DNA of 64,000 bases from NCBI GenBank assembly GCA_973895155.1, contig OZ316898.1, positions 1,711,927 to 1,775,926 of the forward strand. Direction: 5' to 3'. Numbering within the stretch: the stretch's first letter is position 1; the number at the start of each line of letters is the position of its first letter. Source of the stretch: Marsupella aquatica (lineage: Eukaryota > Plantae > Marchantiophyta). The notes beneath the pieces were generated by a model, which was not told the origin of the DNA, did no database searches, and saw only the letters and a program-made list of their open reading frames with translations. This document shows positions 12,523-24,965 of the stretch, piece after piece. Position numbers and translations under genes: made by a program.

Positions 12523-15500
12523 CGTTATCAGCACGTAGATTCTACCATTATGAGAGAGACAATTCTCCCCTTTACCTACGTGAAATTGAATGCAGAATTT
12601 TTCACACCATGGCTTGATCGAATGTCTCACCCCTTTAAGAAATCATATGATTTGCTTACCATGCAATTCTACAAAGGAATTGAACCTCATTGGTGAAGAT
12701 GTTCTATGGACGGATGAACTCCAAGATAAAATCCAATGAGAGGAGAAAGGTGCAAGAAAGATACATTCAAGCATATGGAATTAAAAATAGGGATTTCAGA
12801 ATCTTGAGAATAGAAGTGAGAGTTTTTTTTTGTTAACCAAGATTTTGTGTGCACTTTCTCGAGAACCAAGCAAGGAGTTTCTTTCTCAACAGAAATTAAT
12901 AGAAGCCGCATCCGCGTCGCACTTTTTGAGCGCTTACAATCCTGGAAATAAGTCCTGGCCTTGAGAGGGTAGAGGAGACGAGCTTATGATCGTAATGAAA
13001 TTAACATGATTGAACGACTCCAGGAGACAGAGCCAGAGAGCAATCCAATTTCATGGCAGACTGAATAAGAAGAGAAAAGCCACATTGAGAACGAGATCAA
13101 ACAAAAGTAGAGCTCCATAGCCAAATCTATTGTAAGCAAAGGATCAAAAAGTGGCCATAACTTTGTAGGACGCATAGCCACTGTCTCCAAAGACCAAAGG
13201 GAACAAAGTTCTGAAGAAGGCCAAAGACCAAATTTGCAGCCCACCGAATCTGAGCAAAATTGCAGCGAGATCCGATTCGACTGAACCATTCCACCGGAAA
13301 GGCACCAAAGGAGCATAAGTTACCACGATAATACTCTCATTGGAGTAGAACTGAAACGCAAGGAGCAATTGTCAACGGAAGCCTAAAGTCGATGAATATC
13401 AACCCCCTGGTTCCCTCGAAGAAAACACAAAGGAAAGTGAAAACTCCTTAACTGCAAACTCATACAAAGAAAAATATATTTACAAAAACACTATGCACTT
13501 AAACAAAAACAAAGGATTTCATTCCTGCAAAGGGAATTTACACTTAAACATCTAAAAGTGCCACCACAATATGAATGCAAAACAAGACAAGGAAATCTTT
13601 CCTTTATAATCTAAGCTCAAAACTATCCAAAGATAAGGCTCGGATCAAAATCAAGTTACTTATTCAAACTAAGTGACAAAAGGCATAAAGCACCTCTAAA
13701 TGCAATGAACATACTGCTAGTAGGTCCAGTTCACCCTTGAACTCCATTCATAAGAGCAAGACAAAAGTGCACATATATTCATATTCTAAACTTCCAACAA
13801 GCGCACTCATTTCCACTCAACCATAAACCAAACTTAATAGTGAATACAATATATGTCAAGCGCACAAATGACCACAAAGAATCTGGCCTAAGAATCTCCC
13901 AAATACACCACATGCACTTTATTTTGAGAACATAAACAAAATTAAAAGAATCCCTTGATTCCTGAAGCCTCAAGCATGCCTCAAATGTGCTATTCTTCTT
14001 GTTAACTCTAATGAAGAATGAACAAGGCATAAATCTAGGACGACTAAACATTCATAGCCTATCCTGCGGCTAGTCAAGAAACCTCAATTTCTAGCATCCA
14101 AGCTAATAATGCCTTCTTCAACTCCCGCTTCAACTGAAGAGACCCATGCCCAGATTTCCATCAAAATGTTTATCTATACAACTGTTACTAGGCCATTCTT
14201 ATAGAGAACCAAGCGACCTTATATAGGTCATACATACACATTAGCAACTTCACATCTATCACACGTCCAAAATGACTTACACGAAAGTTATCATTACATC
14301 TTTGCACATAGACTTGGGTTTGACATTTATCCTTGTTAAACATGTTTACACCCATTACTACCATTAGGGGGAGACTGTACCTACTTCATACATGTCAATA
14401 TCCCACTGAATCCCTACACCTTCTGGTGTACTACCTCACGGACACTATCCATTGTGGATTACAAAGTCCTGGCAACTGGACTTTACACACAGTGATTAAG
14501 ACCCAAAACCAGAATCTTACACTTTGATTAAAGTTTTATACACTTTTAGCATGCATGCCTTTACAACTTGTACAGAAGTAAGACCACAAACCTCATCCCT
14601 TCGGACCTAGGATCATGTTCACCAGAAAAAATGAAAACACTTACTCTAAGACATTGGACTAGGATAAGGGAATTAGAAAACTAACAATGTTAAAGGTATG
14701 GTACGGATGTTTGGATTATGGGCAAAGCCCCTAACCTCATCTAGTCAAGACCCAATGCGGGGTTAATATGGGCAAAGCCCGTAATCTACCTTGATACACT
14801 CTTCATTTTGGGGAACGGAATAACATCGCGGACCAATGACACATTCACCTTTGGGTATTACTATTAAACAAATCTCTTAGATTGAAACTAAAATTAAGAC
14901 AATTTTAATCCCCACACCCAACATAGAATTAACGGGAAAACAAAATGAATTAGATGCAAACCAAGGGAAAGAAACTCAATTCTCTCAAAACTTATCTATT
15001 GAAGAACTTGAGCCCACCTACACCACAATTGTATGTACAACTAGTACTTGGAAACTAAACAAAGACTATCCTCATATATCTCTATACGAGGAGCCAAATA
15101 GTTTAGGGGGAGCATCTTATCTCCTCAAGTTACTCTAACTTCAAATCTCCCTACATGGCTATCCCATGTCTCAATAATATTTTGAATCTACTTACATGGC
15201 CTGCTACCCCATATCTTGACACACTTGTCAAACTACCCCGTGATATTTGCAGACATGGAGGCAGACGTGCCACTCACGGGAGACCTAACTTAACCGACAC
15301 CCTCTGGTGTGATTCTGGTTCATACACCCTCTGGTGTAGCTTGAGACCTAACACCCTCTGGTGTCAACAACCCTATGTCCACTAGCACCTCTGTGCCTCC
15401 TGACACCTTCGTGTCCATCAGCACCATTATACTCTCAAATGAGCTTATTGCCATAGATTCTCCCATGATAACATTGCCCCATCCTACCCACATATGGGTC

Positions 15501-16356
15501 TTTTACCTTGACTTTGGGCATTTCTAAATATGGTACTTACACCATACCAAACTAGGACTTTTTTATCATTTTTATAATAATACATGATTAGCATCCGTTG
15601 ATGCAACATGTCTACTCCACACTTTGGAAAACTCCCATTTAGCAATTGGGCTAATTAGCACCTTCGGTATCAATCCAGTGATCTGAAACATATAGGATAA
15701 TGCCACTGCATCCCCACACAACCCACATTAATTATCTTAATACCCCCTGGTATTAGATAGCATAAGCCATACTAAAACATGACATGGTTCCTCCAGCTAC
15801 TAACCAAACTACTAATTATTTGGAACTTAGATTGTTTATTTGATGCAAGGCCATACAGGTGACCCAAATTTCAAATGCGGAGAACTAGACAAAGTTTTTC
15901 ATGAAGGCATTGACCCCTCTTGTCCACAGACACAACTGCCATGCAATTGAACTCCGAAGCTTACACCGCCTGATTACTACTGATTGACACATGATTGACA
16001 CACACCACCACCGTGGTTCAACTCTCACATCTCACCAATAGGACCAACCGGTTGTACTCTTTTTCCTTTAGGGTCATATATTTTATTTTTTCTCTACTAC
16101 CCTGGTAGAGGTGTATGTTTGATTGACCAAAGAGATTGACCCTGGTAGAGTTGTCCACCTCTTTGGTCAATCAAACATACATGTCTATAAGCATGCAAAC
16201 ACTTTTTACTATCACTGAAACTCATCTCGTGCAAGTCTATAAGCATGGTGATAGATTTTTCTTATCTAGTTCTAGGACTAGTCTAGATTGTCTCCATAAC
16301 TCCCATTATGTAGCCAAGGGGAGTGTTATGAGGTAACTAGTCCTAGACCAGACTAG

Positions 16357-16682
16357 TGTGGGGAGAAATCAGATCAGGAGAAACACTCCAAACATGCACG
16401 TGCTCAATAGTTACGTGGTTCGCCTCAAGGTTGGCTACGTCCACGGGAAGACCAAGCTTTATTAGCGGTTATGTGTGTACTTAAGCATCACCATAGCTCT
16501 CATCTCTTCAAGCTCTCATCTCTTGCTATATCCCTGTGTTCTCTCTTGAGAACTCTCTTGTGTGTGTTCTCACACCACATACAAGTTGAAGAGATAAGGA
16601 TCAATTTCTTCAACTAGGGTTTACTCTAACCCTAGTTAACATCCTAACCATAGTTCAACCCAAGACTGAGTTAACCTCTACA
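16357..16682 (-). repeat. 3' LTR of the nested copia element
   Basis: Matches 21860-22185 at 323/326 positions and is adjacent to the PPT. Confidence 0.95.
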
Positions 16683-16874
16683 AACTCCCCCTTGACTCAC
16701 GTCTTGGGAGGGTTCATAATATTGTCTTTTCCTTACAAGTTCCTCCGCGGGAAGTTCAAGACAGTAAGGCCAAAAGGCCCTCCCCCTAATGCAAGGGTTA
16801 ACTAGAACTAAGCCGTAGCCGATAAGCCATCGGATGGAGTACTCATATAGAGACATTTTCTTGGTTAACTCTAT

Positions 16875-19800
16875 TTACAATATTTGTAAATAATTACAAT
16901 GCCTTGAAAAACTATTGGAGTCTAATACTTTGGTAAAAGCATCTGCTGGATTAAGCATTCCATCAATCTTGACAAGCTCAAATTCATCATTCGATAATGC
17001 CTGTCGGATGAAATGATAGCGGACATCAATGTGCTTTACCCTGCCATCCATCACCTGATTCTTGGCAGTGTAAATTGCACTTTGACTGTCACAATGAAGA
17101 TACACAGAATCTTGTGATAAACCCATCTCTTTGACAAGCTTTTTCAACCAAATGGTCTCTGATGCTGCTTCTGCTGCCGCTACATACTCGGCATCCATAG
17201 TAGACTTTGCAACACACTTTTGGAGAGTAGACTTCCAACTAATGCATCCACCAGCAAGTGTAAATACATATCCAGTTGTTGATCTCCTCTTATCCAGATC
17301 ACCTGCGTAGTCTGCATCCACATAACCTTGAAGCACTTTCATATTGTTTGAACTTGCATCAAACAATAAACCCTTCTTAGTGAAACCTTTGATGTAGCGC
17401 AAAATCCATTTCACTGCTTCCCAATGGACTTTTCCTGGATTTGCCATGTATCTGCTTACCTTGCTAACGGCATAAGCTATGTCTGGTCGGGTGCATACCA
17501 TGAGATACATTAAACTGCCCACAACACTTTCATAAGGAACTTTGGACATCAAACTTTTTTCTGTTGCATCCGATGGACAAAATGCTGCAGAAATATTGAA
17601 ATGCTTTGCCAAAGGAACACTCACAGTCTTAGCATCTGCCATGTTGAATTTTGAGAGCACCTTCTCTACATATCTTTTTTGCGTCAGCCAAAGTTTGGCT
17701 TTGTTCACATCCCTGACAATCTCCATGCCTAGGATCCTCTTGGCTGTGCCCAAGTCCTTCATCTTAAACTCAGAACTGAGTTGGGCCTTAAGCTTATCAA
17801 CTTCGCCCCTATCCTTTGCTGCAATGAGCATGTCATCCACATAAAGTACAAGGATGACAAACTTAAAACCTGTGTTGTTCACACGCTTGATGTAAACACA
17901 TGGATCGTACACGCTTCGCACAAATCCAAGCGATTTCAAAAATTCATCAAAACGCTTGTTCCACTGCCTTGGACTCTGCTTTAATCCATACAAGGATTTT
18001 AGCAATCTGCATACCAAATTTTCCTTGCCCTTTTGTACAAAACCTTCTGGTTGCCTCATGTAAATCACCTCATCCAACGATCCATATAAGAATGCCGTGA
18101 CAACATCCATTTGATCTAAAACTAGATCAAATAAAACTACAAGAGCACATAGCAAACGTATTGTTGAATACTTTGCTACGGGTGAAAAAACCTCATTGTA
18201 GTCTATACCTTTCTGTTGAGTAAAACCCTTGGCTACCAATCGAGCCTTAAATATCTTCTCAGCATCCTCCGTGGGTCCATCTTTCTTTCTATACACCCAC
18301 TTGCTGTCAACAGCCTGCTTGTCACTAGGTAGACTTGTGAGTTCCCAAGTCTTGTTATCATGAAGTGATTTCATTTCCATGCGCATCGCCGCCTGCCATT
18401 GTTGCTTCTCCATAGAAGCTAGGACCTCTCGAAATGAGGATGGATCTCCATCTTCTGTCACCAATGCATCAATAGATTCTTCATCCAAATCCACTTGATC
18501 AGAAGGAAGCCAAGTTCCATACCTTTCTCGGGCTTGACGTTTGCGAGTTCCTCTTCGCACTGAAGACTCTGGCTGATCTGATTGTAGTGTGCTTTGCCTT
18601 ACAGTGGTGTCAACATATTCTTCATCTGACACATCCTTTCCCCTTAAATCCTCTAGAGGAGGAGATTGCTCTTTGTTAGTAGTAGGGAATTGATCTATCT
18701 CCCCCTCCTTCAATGATTTTTCTTCATTGAAGGATACATCCCAACTAACAAGTAACTTGCAATCAACTAGATCCCACAACCGATAACCTTTAACTTCACG
18801 CTGATAACCAAGAAAAATGCATTTCTGGGCTCTAGGATCTAGCTTAGTCCTATTGTTGCTAGGAACATGTGCATATGCTTCACAGCCAAAAACCCTAAGC
18901 TTTGAATAATCAGCAGGTCGATTGTGCCATAACTCAAAGGGGGTTTTGTAAGTAATTGCTTGACTAGGAGAGAGATTTACTAGATAAGCAGCAATGTTCA
19001 CAGCTTCCGCCCAAAAGATTTGTGGCAATTTAGAATGCCTCAACATGCTCCTTGCTCGCTCCAACAATGTGCGGTTGAGTCGCTCAGCAACACCATTTTG
19101 CTCAAGAGTGTACACAATTGTGAGATGGTGAGTAATTCCCTTTTGCACAATACGTGTTGAACTCGCCAGAGGTGTATTCACCACCATTATCTGATCGTAG
19201 ATATCTCACATTCTTTGCAGTCTGTGTCTCAACTTGAGCTACCCATTGTTTGAAGATGGAAAGCACTTCAAACTTATGGGCAATGAAATAAATCCAAACA
19301 AACCTTGAGTAATCATCGATAAACGATACATAGTATTGTTTGCCTGAATGCGAGGAAACCGGAGCAGGACCCCACACATCGGAATGAATATACTCAAGTA
19401 CAACTTTAGAATGATGAATAGCAGTCGGAAATGGAGTTCTTGTTTTCTTGCCAACAATGCAATGATCACAAAAACTCAACTTGCATGCTTGCAATCCTGG
19501 TAGGAGATGTCGCTTGTGTAAAATTTCCAAACTTTTTTCACTCATGTGATCAAGCCGAGCATGCCATAAATTGATTTTCTCCTCCTGAGATGTGACCAAA
19601 TTGACTTCGGCAAGAAGGGTGGTGCCTTCCAAGACATAGATGTTTCTTTTTCTCTTGCCAATAAGAACTTCAGTTGATCCATGCGTGACTGTTAACACCC
19701 CATCAGTTGCACTCCATTGATAACCCTTCGCATCCAAGTAGCCAAGAGAAATCAAATTCTTACACATTTCTGGAATGTGTCTGACATTTGATAGAGTACA

Positions 19801-20907
19801 GTACTTACCACCAGGTAGTTGAATCTTTACGGATCCAATCCCTAAAACTTTGCAAGAATGATTATTTCCCATCAAAACAGATCCGTTGATAGGAGTGTAG
19901 GATGAGAAAAATTCACGCATATAACACATGTGATACGAGCAAGCGGAATCCAAAATCCATTGACAATCCTCAACTTGGGAAGTGGTACACAATGCAAATC
20001 CTTCACTATCCTCTTCTCGAACAACTACTTGGGCTAAAGAACCGGCAACTTCCTTGAATGTGTCTTTGACGCGACAATCCTTCTTCATGTGGCCCACTTT
20101 ATCACACTTCCAACACTTTATCTCACGAGTAGACTTGGATGGTGATTTGGATCGAGATCTAGATCTGGATCTAAACCTCCTTCTACCAAAAGATCGGTCG
20201 TGGAACCTTCCTCGCTCCATGGGAAGTGGGTTAAACCTTTTGTTTTCATGAGATGACTCCCTTGATTTGCCTCTTTCTACCAACAGTGCTGTTGATGATG
20301 AGGTTGAGGTAGGATGAGCTGAAGAAACCAACTTAGACTGCATGTCATCGGTCAACAGGGCACTCACCACATCATTGTAGGATATAGTTGTCTTATCACG
20401 GAATAGAAGAACTCGAGACAAAGATTGGTACGAAGGTGGTAGTGAGCTCAAGAGTTGTAAGGCTTTCTTTTCTTCGCTCAAATGCTCCCCCAAATTCTCT
20501 AGGTCAACCACAAGATCATTGAACTGATCGATATGATCTTGAATCTTGACTCCATCAGCCATTTTGAATTGCATGAGCTTCAGGCTTGCATACATTCGGT
20601 TTGACATCTCATTCTTGTGGTACTTGTTGCGCAATGCTTGAAACAAGTCTGTCACCGTTTGTGTTAATTTTTCCTCGAACTGCTTCTTCACATTGTTTTT
20701 CAGGTACATTCCAACAATGCTTACCGCTTGATCCTGAAGATCATGCCAATCATCATCTTCCATCTCCTTGGGTTGAGATCTTAGTACCTTGCCTAGGCCC
20801 ATCGCCCTAAGTGCATCCCTCACATTACGTTCTCACATTGTATAGTCCATCCGACCATCAAATTTTTCCACCTCAAACCTTTGACCTCCAATCCTAGTAG
20901 TCGCCAT
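16875..20907 (-). pseudogene. Copia gag-pol polyprotein with a premature stop and a frameshift
   Basis: Start MATTRIGGQRFEVEKFDG at 20907, with TGA replacing Trp at 20835-20833. Zinc knuckle CWKCDKVGHMKKDC, protease WILDSACSYHM and integrase HSDVWGP/RSDNGGEY are present. A frameshift near 19140 joins ORF 19102-20823 to ORF 16875-19187 (QNGVAER, RT YVDDML, RNase H DADYAG/ADAFTK). Confidence 0.93.
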
Positions 20908-21859
20908 CGCTAGAATGCCAAATATAGTGTGGATTTGCCTTCCAACAAGAAATAAACGTCGAATGCTCAGATGCGGGGTGTGAAAATAAGGCCAAAAATG
21001 AAAGTTGGTGAATTTTGAAACTGATCACTCCTGTGTGTAGCCCACAAGGTAACGCTCCAAATGCTGAAAACGGTTTGTCAAACGGACTCTCGAGTGCCGA
21101 GAATTTTTACTCTGACCGGAGGGGGGTAAAAAATGAAATAAATACCCCTCGAGGGAATCTTTTATGCCAAAGATTCCACTAGTATGCGTTTCCAAAATTG
21201 AGCACACCAATGCTTGCCTAGCTTCCCCAAGTACACCTCTCCAAAAGTTGAAGTTGATTCGATTTTGTTTGCCGCTCGGAATCTTTGACCTTTGGTAAAA
21301 ATTTAAGCCTCTGGAAAAAGGAATCTTTTCAGGAAATTCCGTCCGCCCTTGTACAGCCCCTGTGGGGGAAATTCACAGGGGGCACTTCCCCCTGCCCGAG
21401 CCCTGTCGAGCCCTAAAAGGCCTCCTCGAAGTTTTCGACCTCCTCGCGCGTCCGCGGAAGTCGTGACTACTCGCGGCAGAAAGTACCCCTCGGCGGATTC
21501 ACTCAAATTCCCGTCTCAGTTTTTGACAAAATCCAATTCTGATTTCAGATTCAGAAACTAGACTTCGAGGGCATCAAGATCGATATAAAGAACTCGCAAA
21601 ACGGTGGAGTAATGAGGGAGAAACGATTCGTTGAAAGTGACTGATATTAAGTTATAATTGTTTCCGTTTTTGACCTCAGGCCTTCATTGTTTCACTGAAA
21701 TGAGCCCCTGGTTGTGTGCTCCACACTTGTGAGAAGATTGAGTTCGATCTTCTTCCAATAGCTCCACTTTGAAGAGTAAATCATCCGCTGTTCGCTTTGC
21801 TTGAAGCAAGTTCTATGGAGTTCCTAATCGACTGAAAAAATCTGAGCTCTGATACCAAT

Positions 21860-22185
21860 TGTGGGGAGAAATCAGATCAGGAGAAACACTCCAAACATGC
21901 ACGTGCTCAATAGTTACGTGGTTCGCCTCAAGGTTGGCTACGTCCACGGGAAGACCAAGCTTTATTAGAGGTTATGTGTGTACTCAAGCATCACCATAGC
22001 TCTCATCTCTTCAAGCTCTCATCTCTTGCTATATCCCTGTGTTCTCTCTTGAGAACTCTCTTGTGTGTGTTCTCACACCACATACAAGTTGAAGAGATAA
22101 GGATCAATCTCTTCAACTAGGGTTTACTCTAACCCTAGTTAACATCCTAACCATAGTTCAACCCAAGACTGAGTTAACCTCTACA
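21860..22185 (-). repeat. 5' LTR of the nested copia element
   Basis: Adjacent to the Met PBS and matches 16357-16682. Confidence 0.95.
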
Positions 22186-24965
22186 ACTAGGAGGTTACCT
22201 TTATCATGGTTACCTCAAGACACTATATATACACCCGGTTGATCCCCAACCAAGTGATTCATTCATACATTCATTAATACATTCATTCAATCTCTCTCCC
22301 TCTCCAACTATGTATGAATCCTATATCACAACACCTATAATATTATGGGATGACAATACATATGTAATGTGCATTTTTGGTGCATTTGCAAAGAAAATCC
22401 CAATAATATTAGGGAATGACATGGTTGCCTTGCACTAATGCACGGAATGCAGTTATTCAGTGCACTTATACGCGATTCACTGTATTTGCAAACATGAGGA
22501 TTTGAGTTGTCATGATCTCTGTCTTATAGATGCAATTCTATCACTCGGTTTGTCACTCGGATTGTCATTGGGTTTGTAATCATTAGAGCCTTTTTTCTCT
22601 GGATATGTTCATGGGTTTTATAAGATAGAGGTGGATTATCACAGTAACACCCAACTCTACAAATGGGGGACGAGCTCATGTCTGAGTTGTGACTTGTCTT
22701 CCTCTTTTGCACTGAAATTCGCCGCAAGTCAGTTGCTCCTGAATGGTGTCACAGATATGCAATTAGAAGACGGAAGCTGTGGTTTGTCCAGCTTGATCGA
22801 AAGCTATCAGTTGCTCCTGATCAGTCTCATGGATATGAAATTAGGAAATCCTAGGTGTAAGTTGTCCAGCTTGAAAGCATGGGTCAACATCGACGCATGT
22901 CCTGAACAATTTTCTGGTTTCCGCAAGCAGTCATGAATCTTCCCCTGGAGTTCATGTTCCGTGACAACGCATCTGGACAGAAAACTTTTCTAAGGGTACA
23001 CTCCATGAGTGCAAACCCTGGATAATTGCAATGCGTCCCGTTCTTCACTTTTCTCCTGACAATTTTGCACCTTCTTGCTGTTCGGGGAAGTATCCTCGCA
23101 ACCACAGGCGTCCCACTCTCCTTTTCAATCTGAGTTCTCATGATTTTTCAAATCTGAGTTCCAAACAAAACGCCATGGCCTATTCTAATAGTGGAATAGT
23201 GCACTACAAGCATGGTATTTGAGTTTTGTTTTTTTCTGTTTTGTTATTTGGCATGGTATTTGATTTTTAAGTGTGTGTTTTCATTTTTTGTAATTGGAGG
23301 GAGTTATGTTTGGAAATGAGTATTGTGGTCAAATATTGTATTTGTGTTTGAATATTGATATAATTGTCATAATTTATGAATTGTTTATTGTTTGTACTCA
23401 ATGTAGAACAGTTTGGGGTCAAAAAATCAAACTCAATTTCCAACTTAACACAATGTAGTTATTCAAACGGGTAACCCTTTTCATGAAAATAATCCAGTAA
23501 ACATCATAATTAGGCTAGACACTGCAAGCAAGAGACAATGGGAACCCTGCTGGTAATCACACTTCAAAATGTGCTAATGTACCATGCACTCATTGAATTA
23601 AAGAAAATATTAAGGAGGCTTCAAAGAAAACCTGAGGCAAATTAATTGATTCGGGTCAACTCTGTCTTGAACAATTCAATGTGGCATTAGGAGGTTTAAT
23701 GCATTTTGAGTGAGCTACCTCCCTGCCCTTAGGTGGGCTTTACAACCAGGACAAAAATCTACCAGTCTTTTCTAACATTTGGCTTTTAAATGTCATCACA
23801 ACCTAAAAGCCGGGAGACATGGTCCCAAAGGCAGCAAAACCCAATAAGGGGGGGGGGGGGGGGGCACAGGGAAAGGAAGAGGCCCCAAGAAGACACACTA
23901 GGTCTAGCAAGCCAAAGAGCCCCCCACAACAAGGAAAAGGAACAAATAACCTACCAAAACGCCCAAAGACTAACACCCTAATGGGTAGAGACATAAAAGC
24001 TTGGTAGAGCTGTGGGGTAAATGGCAGAGGAGGGTATTCAAAATAAATTTATCTAGAGACCCTAAAAATGGAATCTATCTAGAGTCACTAAAACCAAGTG
24101 CCTGGGCTCTACAAATGATAGGGAATGTCTGAGCTTGCGACAGACAACCTCAGTCTAAAGAAGGAAAAGAAGACAATAGCTCAATCCATCACAAGCCCAA
24201 AGGAACGTTTATCCTCTCTCAACCTCTTTTGCTTTTTAATTCGCTTTATTGTACTTTTGTTTGGCCCCTCACAAGTAAAGTGGTCCTTTTTCTCGAGGCT
24301 GTATTTTGAAAGGTCTCTTCTCATTTGGTCAATATTAAATACCTTACCTGACCTCCTGTAGGTAGAATAACCACCCGGTAGTATTCACCCGATAAGTAAT
24401 TATAGTATTTTTTACCTAAACCTGTGGCTAACTCTTCCCCAACAATGGGAAAGAGTGATGGGTCTATTACGGAGTCCAATAAATAGGTTTACGAAACTTA
24501 ATCATAGTTTAATTTTTCACTATTTTTGTGCTTCAGAAGCTTATAGTTTCATAAACATCTGACGAAACAAAAATTTGTCAATATTTTCAATACTAAATGC
24601 ATTACCTGTCCACTGTTCTGCTCAGGAGACAATCCAGAGGAACCTGTGTATCAGATATGGCGACCCATAACTGACCTTTCAAATTTGTTCCAATCAGTCT
24701 TTCGAAGCCCCATTAGATTCACATCTGGGACGATACACAATTTTATGTGGAGTTATCGGATGACACATAGCTCTTGTGATCAAGTGACAGCTTTCGAGCG
24801 AGCTTCGTCTAGAAGATTGCCGTGGCTCAAGAAAACTGTGGTTTCTGTGATGTGAACGAGAAAGAATGTGATTGCTAGGCTGAGGTTTAGCGTACACTAG
24901 AGTGGAGTTTGTAAGGAAGAGAAGACTCTGTTATCATTTCGTTGGAGCTGCTGTTGTTGTTGGAC

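Larger units (their letters stand above)
16357..22185 (-). mobile_element. Full-length Ty1/copia LTR retrotransposon (Tnt1/Tork-like), nested in the 3' LTR of the Bianca-type element
   Basis: 326-bp LTRs at 16357-16682 and 21860-22185 (TG...CA, 3 mismatches). TSD ACTAG at 16352-16356 and 22186-22190. tRNA-iMet PBS TGGTATCAGAGC (complement 21846-21857). PPT AAGGGGGAG next to 16683. Domain order is gag-PR-INT-RT-RH. Confidence 0.97.
12324..22333 (+). mobile_element. Decayed, internally deleted Ty1/copia LTR retrotransposon, Bianca-type (~4.2 kb without the nested element)
   Basis: 5' LTR 12324-12522 (TGTT...AACA). PBS CGTTATCAGCACG at 12523-12535. PPT AAGGGGAG precedes the 3' LTR, which is split into 16324-16356 and 22191-22333. 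TSD is CTTAT/CCTAT (1 mismatch). Decayed pol remnants: HVQNDLHESY (~HTQNGLAESF, 14262), WYLHHTKLGLFY (15531), ASVDATCL (~ADAGYL) and AEN*TKFFMKAL (~15880). Confidence 0.85.

Noticed and set aside
16395-16445. G-box/ABRE-like ACGT cores in the copia LTR
   Set aside because: They lie at the U5 end and correspond to GTGGACGTAG/GAACCACGTAA motifs common in copia LTRs, not to U3 enhancer elements.
19102-19187. Programmed ribosomal frameshift between the two copia ORFs
   Set aside because: The break falls inside the integrase core, not at a gag/pol boundary. Plant copia elements of this type use a single ORF, so it is a mutation or an assembly error.
22884-23141. PDALSR and Cys-rich peptide suggesting gypsy RNase H or a piggyBac C-terminus
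   Set aside because: These are isolated short matches with no supporting neighbouring motifs.
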